Shown one piece after another: positions 38,652 through 48,070 of a stretch of DNA of 48,719 nt. The notes below the pieces were generated by a model. The model worked only from the letters and a program-made list of their open reading frames with translations. It had not been told where the DNA came from and ran no database searches. The DNA lies in contig JAIRKR010000010.1 of the NCBI GenBank assembly GCA_031260015.1, positions 1 through 48,719 of the forward strand, written 5' to 3'. The first letter of the stretch is position 1. The number at the start of each line of letters is the position of its first letter. The DNA is from Puniceicoccales bacterium (GTDB taxonomy: Bacteria; Verrucomicrobiota; Verrucomicrobiia; Opitutales; UBA9783). The position numbers and the translations under genes are program-made.

Positions 38652-40928
38652 TCAACTTAGCTTTAGAGGTCGAATGTAATCGGGGTGTCCCACAACCCAT
38701 ACGATATCGCCAATTTTAAAAATGTCATTGGCTTGCAGTGTGTCGATACGTTGTTCGTTGCGTTGAATACCAATCACATTAACCCCAAAACGTTTTCTAA
38801 CGTCCACACTTTCCATCGTTTCATTGGCCCAAGGATGGCCACTGGTAATGACAATTTGTTCAAGATCGAACCCATTGTGCGCGAATTCTTCCTCACAGGT
38901 CTGAGGCTGATTGAGAAAAGTGGCCGCTGCCTGCAATTGCGATTCACTGCCCAGAAGGACTAAATTATCTTCCGGGAAAAAAATCATACTTGGATTAACC
39001 TCGTAGGATAAAAAACCGTTGCGGCTAATTCCCAGGAGTGTTGCACCCGTTTGGTTACGCAAATGTGTATCCGATAAATGTTGTCCAATAACATGAGAAT
39101 TAGCATTAAGAACAACGGTGCTGATTTGCGCATCCCAGGGATGTTTTTGGGTAATAATTTTTGCCATAGCCCGCTTACGTTTTTCGTTGTTAGATTCCAA
39201 TTCACTTTTAAAACTCTCCAAAAACATCCATTCGATTTGTGAATTGATTTCCCTAAATTGGCGCCAAAAGGCAAAGCCAATAATAATGCCTACCACAACG
39301 AGCATTAAAATGGGCATGTAGATGGGGATAAATTGTGCCGAAGCCGTTAAAAATAACCAGGCAAAAACCAAGGTGGCGATGGTAATCACCAGCAATTGAA
39401 AAATCTGATACATCGCGGGATGATGACTCATGCGCTGAAATACGCCTTTTAAAGTGCGTTTGCAGATGTTTAATATGATTAGATTTAAATTTCTAACCAT
39501 GCTACTCATAAATGGTAATGCCAACAACAAAGCCAACATGGATAGGCCTCTCTGGATCCAAATGAGATAAGGCCACGCGTAGTGTCCAATAAAATTACAC
39601 AGCCAAGCATTGCACCAAACAATTACGTTAATGATGAAGAAATGGATGGAAATTTTTAGAAGCGGCTTTTTTACAATAACTAAAAAATGACTTTTGGATA
39701 AATGATTTTGAATGGATACCAACACATTTTGATACAGTGAACTCCAAGATTTTAAACTACAGGGAATCATTCTGTCAAAAAACTGCAGGCAATCATCTTC
39801 CTTCGCCGATAAAATATTAACAAATATGATGGTGAACAACGCCGTACCTACCGTAATAGCCATTAAATTGCCATCGGCGACTCCCAATTTTTGAGCTAAT
39901 GCGGCGATAACAAAGCTGAATTCTCCTATTTGTGACTTTGGTAAAGCGGCCCTAAATGCATTGGAACTTGTTTGACCGCTCAAAAAAAATCCTAGCCATA
40001 CACTGATCATTTGTCCGGCGACAACAATGATTGACAAACATAAAATAGTAAACTTCTGATCCCATAAAAGCTTGGGCTCAATCATCATACCTATGGACAC
40101 AAAGAAGATGGCCGTAAATACATCGCGAATGGGGGCAATCATCGTTTCGAGGCGACTTGTAATGTGTGTACTGGAAAAAATTGCACCTGCCAAAAAAGCA
40201 CCCAAAGCATTCGAATAAGAATGAAATAATTCGCTCAGGAGTAAAATGAGTCCCACAACGCATACGTGAATAATTTCTTCACTGTGAATATTGGTCAGTA
40301 TCTTTAAAAATCGTTGCGCAAACAGACGCCCCAGTACCAGCATGCTCGCAATAAAAGAGGTCATCCAAAAAATTAAGCTTAAACATTGATGCCAATTAAA
40401 ACGGCTTTGCCCAGCATTGGAAAAAATAACGAGTAAAACAACCGCAAAGATGTCTTCTAGAATGGCAATGCCAATGGTAAATTGTGCAAAACTTTTCCTG
40501 AGAGCATTTTTTTGCCTCAGGATGGGTATGGCAACCATACTGGAACTAATGGCGCATACGGCCCCTAGAAAAGTTCCTTCCAATGCCGTCCATCCCAGAA
40601 AACGTGCCATCAAGGCTCCAATGAAAAAAGCCAAAATTACTTGAAGAAACATGGCCAACAAACACGGAAAAAGCGTCTGTTGCAATTTTTTCAAGTCGAA
40701 TTCAAGTCCAATGCAAAACATCAGGAAAATAACTCCCAATTCGCTAATTTCTTGAACACTTATCTTATCGTGTATGAAAATGTCAGGACTTAAGTGCGGA
40801 CCAATCAGTAATCCCGTAAGCAAATATCCTAAAATGCTGGGCCATTTTAACATGGAAAAGATAATGGATACAACGCTTGCTCCCACCACTACGGCCGCTA
40901 GATCTTGAATTAAATAGCTTGTTTCCAT
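38652..40928 (-). CDS. Cation:proton antiporter (CPA2/Kef-type) with a C-terminal pair of RCK_C (TrkA-C) domains
   Basis: 758 aa. The N-terminal ~390 aa is a Na+/H+-exchanger-type membrane domain, followed by further TM helices and two TrkA-C-like segments (..LRNQTGATLLGISRNG.. and ..VRKRFGVNVIGIQRNE..). Confidence 0.88.
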   Translation of the reverse strand: METSYLIQDLAAVVVGASVVSIIFSMLKWPSILGYLLTGLLIGPHLSPDIFIHDKISVQEISELGVIFLMFCIGLEFDLKKLQQTLFPCLLAMFLQVILAFFIGALMARFLGWTALEGTFLGAVCAISSSMVAIPILRQKNALRKSFAQFTIGIAILEDIFAVVLLVIFSNAGQSRFNWHQCLSLIFWMTSFIASMLVLGRLFAQRFLKILTNIHSEEIIHVCVVGLILLLSELFHSYSNALGAFLAGAIFSSTHITSRLETMIAPIRDVFTAIFFVSIGMMIEPKLLWDQKFTILCLSIIVVAGQMISVWLGFFLSGQTSSNAFRAALPKSQIGEFSFVIAALAQKLGVADGNLMAITVGTALFTIIFVNILSAKEDDCLQFFDRMIPCSLKSWSSLYQNVLVSIQNHLSKSHFLVIVKKPLLKISIHFFIINVIVWCNAWLCNFIGHYAWPYLIWIQRGLSMLALLLALPFMSSMVRNLNLIILNICKRTLKGVFQRMSHHPAMYQIFQLLVITIATLVFAWLFLTASAQFIPIYMPILMLVVVGIIIGFAFWRQFREINSQIEWMFLESFKSELESNNEKRKRAMAKIITQKHPWDAQISTVVLNANSHVIGQHLSDTHLRNQTGATLLGISRNGFLSYEVNPSMIFFPEDNLVLLGSESQLQAAATFLNQPQTCEEEFAHNGFDLEQIVITSGHPWANETMESVDVRKRFGVNVIGIQRNEQRIDTLQANDIFKIGDIVWVVGHPDYIRPLKLS

Positions 40929-41038
40929 ACCTTTTAAATTTTTTGATTAAAAATTCTTTATCTTTACGGTAAAGCGCTTAGTGTATCTCTCATACATAAA
41001 CTAAAATGCCTCAGTTTTATCTAGAAAATTAAGCAAAT

Positions 41039-42064
41039 ATGTCGATACTTGGCAAGTTATTTTCATTTTTCTCTCACGACATAGGCATTGATTTGGGAAC
41101 TGCCAATACGCTTGTATTTGTCAAAGATCGCGGTGTGGTTCTGAGTGAACCCAGTGTCGTTGCCATTTACAATAAAACGCGAAAAGTGCGTGCTGTCGGT
41201 CTTGAGGCAAAAAAAATGTTAGGGCGTACTCCGGGAAATATTACCGCCTTGCGTCCCATGAAGGATGGAGTGATTGCCGACTTCGAAGTCACGGAAGCCA
41301 TGCTACGCTATTTCATCAATAAAGTATGTCGCAATAATCGCTTTGTACCACCCCGAGTTGTGATTGCAGTACCCTCAGGCATCACGGAAGTCGAACGTCG
41401 TGCCGTCAAAGAATCGGCCATTCATGCGGGCGCAAGAGAGGTTTTATTACTGCAAGAACCCATGGCTGCAGCCATAGGGGTGGGCTTGTCCATCGATGAA
41501 CCTGCCGCCAACATGATTGTTGATATTGGGGGAGGTACCACGGAGGTAGCCATTATTTCCCTATCGGGTATTGTGTTTGCCAAAAGCTTACGCGTGGGTG
41601 GAGATGAAATGGACTTGTCCATCATCAATCATTTGAAAAAGTCCTACAACTTAATGATTGGAGAGCGCATGGCCGAAGATATAAAAATTGCCATCGGTTC
41701 TGCAGCGCCGCTCGAAGAAGAACTCACTTTAGAGGTCAAAGGACGCGATACCATTGCGGGTCTTCCGCGAACGGTCGTTGTTTCGTCGGTAGAAATTCGA
41801 GAGGCACTTTGCGACGCTCTAACGGCTATCATCGAAGTGGTACGACAGGCTTTGGATCGTTGTCCGCCTGAATTGGCTGCCGATTTGGTGGATAGAGGTA
41901 TTGTTTTGGCGGGAGGCGGATCTTTGGTGCGGAATTTAGACAAAATGATCGGTGATGCAACCCATTTGCCCGTTACCATAGCGGACGATCCACTACGAGC
42001 CGTAGCCAATGGAACGGGAGCCGTTTTGCACAATTTAACATTCTGGTTAAACGAAGAATATTAA
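41039..42064 (+). CDS. mreB: Rod shape-determining actin homolog MreB
   Basis: 341 aa. DIGIDLGTANTLV, VVIAVPSGITEVERRAV, DIGGGTTEVAIISL, LAGGGSL. Confidence 0.96.
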   Translation: MSILGKLFSFFSHDIGIDLGTANTLVFVKDRGVVLSEPSVVAIYNKTRKVRAVGLEAKKMLGRTPGNITALRPMKDGVIADFEVTEAMLRYFINKVCRNNRFVPPRVVIAVPSGITEVERRAVKESAIHAGAREVLLLQEPMAAAIGVGLSIDEPAANMIVDIGGGTTEVAIISLSGIVFAKSLRVGGDEMDLSIINHLKKSYNLMIGERMAEDIKIAIGSAAPLEEELTLEVKGRDTIAGLPRTVVVSSVEIREALCDALTAIIEVVRQALDRCPPELAADLVDRGIVLAGGGSLVRNLDKMIGDATHLPVTIADDPLRAVANGTGAVLHNLTFWLNEEY

Positions 42065-42068
42065 TCCT

Positions 42069-42878
42069 TTGCGAACACGTATTGTCGGCAAATTTATCGT
42101 ATGCGTCCTCATTTTTGGGGTAGTGGGTTGCATTATTATCCCCATAAGTATTAGAAAACGTCTAAATCGTTGGTTTTTTGAAGTACACGCACCTGCGCAA
42201 ACCGGAATTACAACGTTAAGACGTCTGCAGAATTTTTGGGCCTTGCGTTCGGAATCAAAACTTAAGCTAATGACCTACTGCCGAGACCTGGCCAGAGAAA
42301 ATGCTTTTTTAAAATTAAAAATATTAGAACAGGCTGAACAAGTACGTCATTGTCAGCAGATTTTGCGCTTAAATAAGTTACCTTCCTCAGAAAAGTTTCA
42401 ATATCTGGTTGCACGTGTGTGCAAACGTCATGCGGATACCTGGGCACAGTATCTTGTTATCAATCGCGGTATGGGTGACGGTATGCGAGTAGGTCAAGGT
42501 GTCATCTGTTCGCAGGGTATTGTGGGACGCATTGCCGAAGTCTACGCAAATAGTTCCGCCGTTGAACTCGTTTCAAATCCAAAATTTCGTCTGCTGGTAC
42601 ACTTTGAAGATATGAAGGAGCCCCTCCTGCTCCAAGGAACCTACAATCTCCCATTTTCGCCCCAAAGAGCCCATTTGCTCAATTTAAAGGGACCTTGTAC
42701 GGAACCTCGCAAAATTGTTACGACTTCGCTGGGACAACAATTCCCGGCCAATGTATTCGTCGGTTATCTGACCAAAGCTACGAAGAAAAAAGATTGGATG
42801 GGAAAAATTCAACTGGGGGACTACCTCATGTGGCTGGAAGAAGTCAGTGTTCTCATACCCGTTGTCCCCGAGTCATGA
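42069..42878 (+). CDS. mreC: Rod shape-determining protein MreC (TTG start)
   Basis: 269 aa. N-terminal TM helix, coiled coil, and a beta domain with INRGMGDGMRVGQGVI..GIVGRI. Immediately follows mreB. Confidence 0.8.
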   Translation: MRTRIVGKFIVCVLIFGVVGCIIIPISIRKRLNRWFFEVHAPAQTGITTLRRLQNFWALRSESKLKLMTYCRDLARENAFLKLKILEQAEQVRHCQQILRLNKLPSSEKFQYLVARVCKRHADTWAQYLVINRGMGDGMRVGQGVICSQGIVGRIAEVYANSSAVELVSNPKFRLLVHFEDMKEPLLLQGTYNLPFSPQRAHLLNLKGPCTEPRKIVTTSLGQQFPANVFVGYLTKATKKKDWMGKIQLGDYLMWLEEVSVLIPVVPES

Positions 42879-43363
42879 AATGGTATCCCATACTTTCTTA
42901 TTTAACTTTAAATTTACTCATCCATACGGTATGCACATGGATTTCGGAAACGATCGACATTTATCTTTTTATAGACGGATGGTTCGTTACATCGGCCGTT
43001 TACGGATTATCACTGTGCAATGGTATTCCGGTAACGATTTTGCTTGGGTTATATCTGGATGCGGATACCTACAGCCCGCCTTTTGGAATCTCGGCATGCC
43101 TCCTATGCACCAGTTTTGTCTGTCTAAAACAAAATCGTATCCAAAACACATGCTTGCATCACCCGCACCGCTTTGTTATTATCCTTAACTTTTGCTTACA
43201 AATTTTTCTCTTATTGAGTACTATAGGATATCAAAAAGCACCGCTGAAGACTTTAGGATATCAATGGCCAAGCTTAGTCATTTCGTCCATTTTTTTATTT
43301 TATACCACACATATCTTGATTTGGATACAGAGACGATGGTTTTTAAAAAGCTGTAATTTGTAG
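42875..43363 (+). CDS. MreD-like integral membrane protein
   Basis: About 162 aa and polytopic. ATGA overlap with the mreC stop. Size and position fit MreD; the sequence itself is not diagnostic. The upstream part of ORF 42695..43363 is an alternate frame of mreC. Confidence 0.5.
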   Translation: MKWYPILSYLTLNLLIHTVCTWISETIDIYLFIDGWFVTSAVYGLSLCNGIPVTILLGLYLDADTYSPPFGISACLLCTSFVCLKQNRIQNTCLHHPHRFVIILNFCLQIFLLLSTIGYQKAPLKTLGYQWPSLVISSIFLFYTTHILIWIQRRWFLKSCNL

Positions 43364-43435
43364 TATTGCTTTTTTCTATACACGGGTTTCTCTGGGTCAC
43401 ACCTTTCTTCAAATACCGCATGGAGCTTACGCGCT

Positions 43436-44116
43436 TTACCAAATACGTCCGTGTACATCGTAGGCGTGCGCAAATTCGGGGACGGCTTGTTGAATGTAGC
43501 TGGTTGCCTGGCCAGTTTTGTAATTGATGAGCCGATTCTGCAGGGAGGAGAAAAATTTGACATGCCCGTCTAAAAAAACAACAAAACCACCTTGCGTTCC
43601 ATACGCACTGTTTTCGTCCCAACGTCCGGTAGAAATTTTAAGACCCCGCGAATATGCCAGCGGTGTTGTATGCAAAGGTGCATTGCGTGGAACACCCGTT
43701 ATAAATATCCAACTGATGGGTAATTTCCCAAATGCCGTATTATGTACCCCGGGTTCCCTATTTGAACCGGTTATTATTTGTAATGGAAATTCTTGTACAC
43801 GAGATAATTCGGGATCTTGCTGTGCCACGTACAAATGCGGATCGTTAATGTGGCCCGATTGAGCCAATAAATGGGCCCAGTCGTAAGCATTTTTCACCTG
43901 GTTAAATTTTTGAAAATTATTTTCATCTTCGGAAATATAGTCCAGGTAAGCCAAAGCCAATTGCCGCAAATGGGTTGCATCGGCCATACGTCGGCTTTTG
44001 CTTACAAATTTTTCTCCGATGGGAAATAGAAGTCCCATAAAAACGCTGATGATGGTTAAAACCGTTAAGAGTTCCAGCAGAGAAAACCCTGAAAAACTTT
44101 TTCTTTGATGGGTCAT
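43436..44116 (-). CDS. Prepilin-type N-terminal cleavage/methylation protein, DUF1559-like pseudopilin
   Basis: 226 aa. GFSLLELLTVLTIISVFMGLLFP class III signal. The C-terminal ..VVFLDGHVKF resembles the H-X9-DG-type tail of PVC DUF1559 proteins. Confidence 0.7.
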   Translation of the reverse strand: MTHQRKSFSGFSLLELLTVLTIISVFMGLLFPIGEKFVSKSRRMADATHLRQLALAYLDYISEDENNFQKFNQVKNAYDWAHLLAQSGHINDPHLYVAQQDPELSRVQEFPLQIITGSNREPGVHNTAFGKLPISWIFITGVPRNAPLHTTPLAYSRGLKISTGRWDENSAYGTQGGFVVFLDGHVKFFSSLQNRLINYKTGQATSYIQQAVPEFAHAYDVHGRIW

Positions 44117-44832
44117 GTTTTTAGGATTTCATTCCACGACAATTGGGAAAATCGTTGAACGTGTACAAAAAATTGCCATACGATAAGCAATAAACCTACC
44201 GTAGCGGGGACCGCAATAATGACAAAACTCCACCCCGTTAACAATCCGAGTTCATGGTTAAATTCCGTACTTCCTGCCGGATGTACGACCAAATACCTAG
44301 CCAGTACAAAGTTTAAAAGAGAACTCATAAAAAACAAAAATGCCAAAATCCATTCGTACAAGTAAATTTTATGCATTAATTTTGAAAAATTCCCAAGTTG
44401 ATGGAGTGTTGTTATAATTTTTTCTACGTGACACAATTGTTCATTCAGCAGAATTTTTGTCAAAAATGGGGGACGTTTTGTGAGCCTCAATAAAAGAATC
44501 GTTACCCCCAATATACCTGGAAGCAAAGCTTCATTTAACGCAAGCCATTGATTGGAATATTCGAATAACCCAATGCTCCCCTTAACGGAAATACTGATTA
44601 AGCCCAAAAAAGAAATCCAATTAAAACGGCTTTCTTTAATCCATTCCAGCAAGCCATAAGACAAAGGGCAAGCCATTGCCAATACAACACCACATTTGGG
44701 GGATAAACCTAACCAAGTACATCCTTTGATGAGTATAAGTGTTGGTAGACACAGGTTAAAAAATAATTCGTACAGCAATGCAAACCCACTCGTTTTCTCG
44801 GAAATTATTTGCTTTTTACGCGTACGAATCAT
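44113..44832 (-). CDS. VC0807-family-like integral membrane protein
   Basis: 239 aa. The N-terminal pattern LFFNLCLPTLILIKG..LG....VVLAMACPLSYGLLEWIK..RFNWISFLGLISISVKGSIGLF matches my recollection of that family. ATGA overlap with the downstream pseudopilin gene. Confidence 0.55.
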   Translation of the reverse strand: MIRTRKKQIISEKTSGFALLYELFFNLCLPTLILIKGCTWLGLSPKCGVVLAMACPLSYGLLEWIKESRFNWISFLGLISISVKGSIGLFEYSNQWLALNEALLPGILGVTILLLRLTKRPPFLTKILLNEQLCHVEKIITTLHQLGNFSKLMHKIYLYEWILAFLFFMSSLLNFVLARYLVVHPAGSTEFNHELGLLTGWSFVIIAVPATVGLLLIVWQFFVHVQRFSQLSWNEILKT

Positions 44833-44868
44833 AAAACCAATGCATAAAATTAAATTTATAACAAACTG

Positions 44869-47067
44869 ATGGTCAAGGTGTTTTTGTTTGAATCACCCAG
44901 GGAAGGGTTTAATTTTACCCGACGTAAATTGCAAAAAAATTGTATTTGTATCTTTCCATCAAAGCAAATGCGCAGCATTTTTTTGCAATACCTGTCTTCG
45001 GGCAACGCAGTGAAGCATTCTTTTTTTACACCCACCGAATTTTTGCAAACATTATGCCACAAATTAAACCTGAAAGAGCATGGTTTCCCGGAAAAATATT
45101 TACCTTTTTTTGACCCAAATTTAGATCCGACGGAAGAAGACCCGGGATGTTTTGTGGACACTTTGTTGCAAACTTATGATTGCGATGAACGCGCGTGCAT
45201 TGAAGCGTGGCTTGCAAAAAAATGTTGGATAACACCCAAAACATTTTATCAAAAAAATATTTTAGCGGAAAAACTTATTTCGGACGAAATCGTTTTGTAC
45301 GGATGCTTTACGGAAGCATTGCACGAAACTTTTTTTAAAATCCTGCAAAAGTATTGTCCACATTGTACTTGGATAAGTTTTGTTCCGGAAAAAACTTCTT
45401 TGTTGCGATATTGTGAAAACGTTACACGTATTCGAGAGACTCAAATGGTTTTTCAAAATCGTAAATCGGTTTACGGTTTCCCCAACATTCACCAGGAGCT
45501 CTCGTGGTATCAAAATCAGACATTTTCCGATAAAGATGTCATTTGTCTGGGCAATGAAAAAATACTTCAAAGAATCTCTTTCAAGCCCGACGAGTCATCG
45601 ACCTTGGGGGCCGCTTGGATTCAATGGATGCGCTTGGGGACGTTGGACGTATTTTTCGAATACGTTACGTGCCTGCGTAACCACTTTTTCCTGGATAAAA
45701 CACTTTACAAAAGCATTCGGCAAGACTTACAAAATGCGGTACATCACTGTTTAACGCACGATTATTCTATCCTTCAGACATACCTGCTCAAAAATAAAAG
45801 TGCATGGATACAAGCATTCCAACGCATTATCCTGCCGGAACAAGGCCTTTTTGATGAATTTTGGGAAAAAATTCTTCCGGCATTTAAAAGTCATGCGCAG
45901 AAAACTCAGGCCAGCGAGACAATGAAATGTACCGCATATCCTATCCGCATGCACCGTGATCAGTTTTTTAACATTTTGCATGCATTTTTGACACGAAAAG
46001 AGAATGCCAATACGGTGTTTGTATCCTTGGAGGTGGCACGCTGTTTCCCCTACGGTCGTTATTTCATCCCCTGCGCTTGCCAGGATGCGTGGAATAAACT
46101 TCAAAAAGACCTCGACGACACCGTTCTTCACTGGGAAAAAATGGGATGCAATGTCGTTGCAACCTACGCCGAACAAGCAAACGCCGTTGAAAGTATACCC
46201 CTATGGCGGGCTACGGATAAGTTAACGGTCTCCAAGAGTGCTGTGGATAGTGAGCAGAAAGAGTTTCAATGCCGATCGAGAGCTTGTTTAAAGCTGCATC
46301 CGGCATCAATTCAGTTAACCTGTAAAGGGTGGGAACGATTTAAACTTGCCCCGTGGCAGACGTGGCTGGAAAACATTTTGAAAATCAATGCCTGGGTTGA
46401 CTTCCAAACTGTTTGCGATAAGCAAAAAGTTTTAGGAGAATGGACACACCAATGCTTACAATTTTCTAAAACACCTGCAGATTTTAGCGATTGGGTGCAA
46501 CGCATTCGTGATAACGTTCACAGGCAGCTGCTATCATTACAAGAATTATATGCGTGCAACGGACAACGATTGCCCTACTTTGCACAACAATGGATAGCGC
46601 AACTTACAGCTTTGTGCAAGAGGTTGTCTAGGGCTTGTGAAAAATTTTTCGATGCATCTTGGCATGTATATTCCGAATGGAATTTGCCTCAGCTGGACGA
46701 TGGCTTGTTGGGCCGCATCGACTTGCTAGCATTTGAGGGAACATCTCTCGTGACTGCCACACAGGTAATCATTGTTGACTACAAAACATCGCCGCATTTT
46801 AATTTTACACCCCACCAAATCGATCAAGGCAAGGGCTTTCAACTATTCCTGTACGGTCAACAATTAAAAAAGTTAGGTATTCCCAACATCACGCTTATGG
46901 CTATCAACCCCATACAAGATCAAATGCAAACCATGGATGCCCTTTGTTCAAAAGTAGACAACATTGCTCGTTGGTTTAAAGCAACGCAATTGGGCGGAAC
47001 CGTCAACGTGGAATTCCCCGAAACATTATCACATCTACCGTTAAGTTTTTGTCCCATAGAGGCATAA
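44869..47067 (+). CDS. PD-(D/E)XK nuclease-superfamily protein (AddB/RecB-nuclease-like C-terminus), no helicase motifs seen
   Basis: 732 aa. C-terminal GRIDLLAFEG..VIIVDYKTS..QLFLYG fits the D..(D/E)xK..QxxxY nuclease signature. I could not find a Walker A motif. Confidence 0.7.
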   Translation: MVKVFLFESPREGFNFTRRKLQKNCICIFPSKQMRSIFLQYLSSGNAVKHSFFTPTEFLQTLCHKLNLKEHGFPEKYLPFFDPNLDPTEEDPGCFVDTLLQTYDCDERACIEAWLAKKCWITPKTFYQKNILAEKLISDEIVLYGCFTEALHETFFKILQKYCPHCTWISFVPEKTSLLRYCENVTRIRETQMVFQNRKSVYGFPNIHQELSWYQNQTFSDKDVICLGNEKILQRISFKPDESSTLGAAWIQWMRLGTLDVFFEYVTCLRNHFFLDKTLYKSIRQDLQNAVHHCLTHDYSILQTYLLKNKSAWIQAFQRIILPEQGLFDEFWEKILPAFKSHAQKTQASETMKCTAYPIRMHRDQFFNILHAFLTRKENANTVFVSLEVARCFPYGRYFIPCACQDAWNKLQKDLDDTVLHWEKMGCNVVATYAEQANAVESIPLWRATDKLTVSKSAVDSEQKEFQCRSRACLKLHPASIQLTCKGWERFKLAPWQTWLENILKINAWVDFQTVCDKQKVLGEWTHQCLQFSKTPADFSDWVQRIRDNVHRQLLSLQELYACNGQRLPYFAQQWIAQLTALCKRLSRACEKFFDASWHVYSEWNLPQLDDGLLGRIDLLAFEGTSLVTATQVIIVDYKTSPHFNFTPHQIDQGKGFQLFLYGQQLKKLGIPNITLMAINPIQDQMQTMDALCSKVDNIARWFKATQLGGTVNVEFPETLSHLPLSFCPIEA

Positions 47068-47400
47068 AATTCCGCGAATAAAATAAACCTCCAAAGCGCT
47101 TTGTTTCACACTAGGCGAGTATAGTTTTGAAGGTCTCTGTGAAGGGATACCGCTTACAATGACGCGAAACGTTTATGTAGGCTATTTTATCCATGAGCCC
47201 CAAAAGTAAGTTCATAGAATGCGGTTTCATAGTGCGCTATCGAGAGGTTCCTCCATAATCTTTGCAAATGGCTGCAATTCCACAGACAAGCAATGCGTCA
47301 TAATACGCAATAAAATATAAAATCTACCCATGCCCATGTGTGCTTTAAACGTGAAAACAAGTCTTTGTACATTTGGATGCGATAATCTTAATGGTCTTAA

Positions 47401-47760
47401 GCTTCGGCAAGCGGTAGATCCTCCAAGAAATTAGGTATGAACGCATGTATCCCAGAGGACTGCATCCGCCTTACCACCGCCGATCTTGGCTTCCGACCTC
47501 GGTTTTGCCGTAAGGCTAACTTACTGCTAGCTCCCACATGCAACCGAGGCATTTTCGAAGGTGTTTTTTATGCCTCTGCGACTTACCCATGTTCCTCCGT
47601 AATGGACGCGTCAGTGTATTCACGCAATGCTCGAGGGATTAAGGGGACCATTGTCCGACTTTGATGTGTAACTCGGTGTGCACATTTGATGCCCTTAGCC
47701 GGTCTCGCTGTGTTTCGCTCCCCTATCCCATCCGCTCTTTCTGGTATAATCTCAACTACC
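47401..47760 (-). ncRNA. Candidate structured RNA of unknown family. Strand is inferred from G-U pairs only.
   Basis: ORF-poor and 185/360 G+C by my count. Nested helices at 47635-47647/47719-47729, 47496-47504/47542-47550 and 47546-47552/47570-47576. The 47496-47504/47542-47550 helix and a CCGGC/GUCGG helix each close with a G-U pair only on the minus strand. Confidence 0.3.
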
Positions 47761-47986
47761 TTCTAGACCTTCACTGGATTCAAGAGCATTGTATGATAAT
47801 ATGTGTATGAGTATGCCCATGATAGCAGTACCCAACGCAAGGTTAAGCGTGGATTTCTGGCGTAACGGGGCACCTTGTAACAACCCACAATACAACAGAC
47901 AAATAGGATTTTTGCCTTGAACGATCACCGTAGGGGATTACGTTAACACCACCGTTTCTCCTTTTGATATAAAGAGCTATAAAAGC

Positions 47987-48015
47987 AAGAATGCTACCTG
48001 TCTGGTAGCATTCTT
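47987..48015 (-). terminator. Strong intrinsic terminator of the 48071..>48719 gene, potentially bidirectional
   Basis: Perfect 12-bp stem aagaatgctacc/ggtagcattctt with a 5-nt loop. T-rich flank on both strands. 55 nt downstream of the stop. Confidence 0.7.
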
Positions 48016-48070
48016 TTAGAATAAGCATTTTAAGAGTATTTTCCCACAATCGTGCGATCAAAATGGATTC

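Noticed and set aside
42695-42874. The upstream 60 codons of ORF 42695..43363.
   Set aside because: This part is an alternate frame of the mreC 3' end. The membrane protein begins at the ATG that overlaps the mreC stop (42875).
47401-47760. Identification of the GC-rich non-coding core as RNase P RNA, tmRNA, SRP RNA or a group II intron.
   Set aside because: Neither strand has the near-invariant GAGGAAAGTCC (RNase P P4). There is no tRNA-like GGTTCGA..CCA end (tmRNA), no GGAAGCAGC-type SRP motif, and no domain V-like AGCCGTAT..ACGGTT hairpin. Only loose resemblances were seen, such as ACAGCGAGACCGGCTAA.
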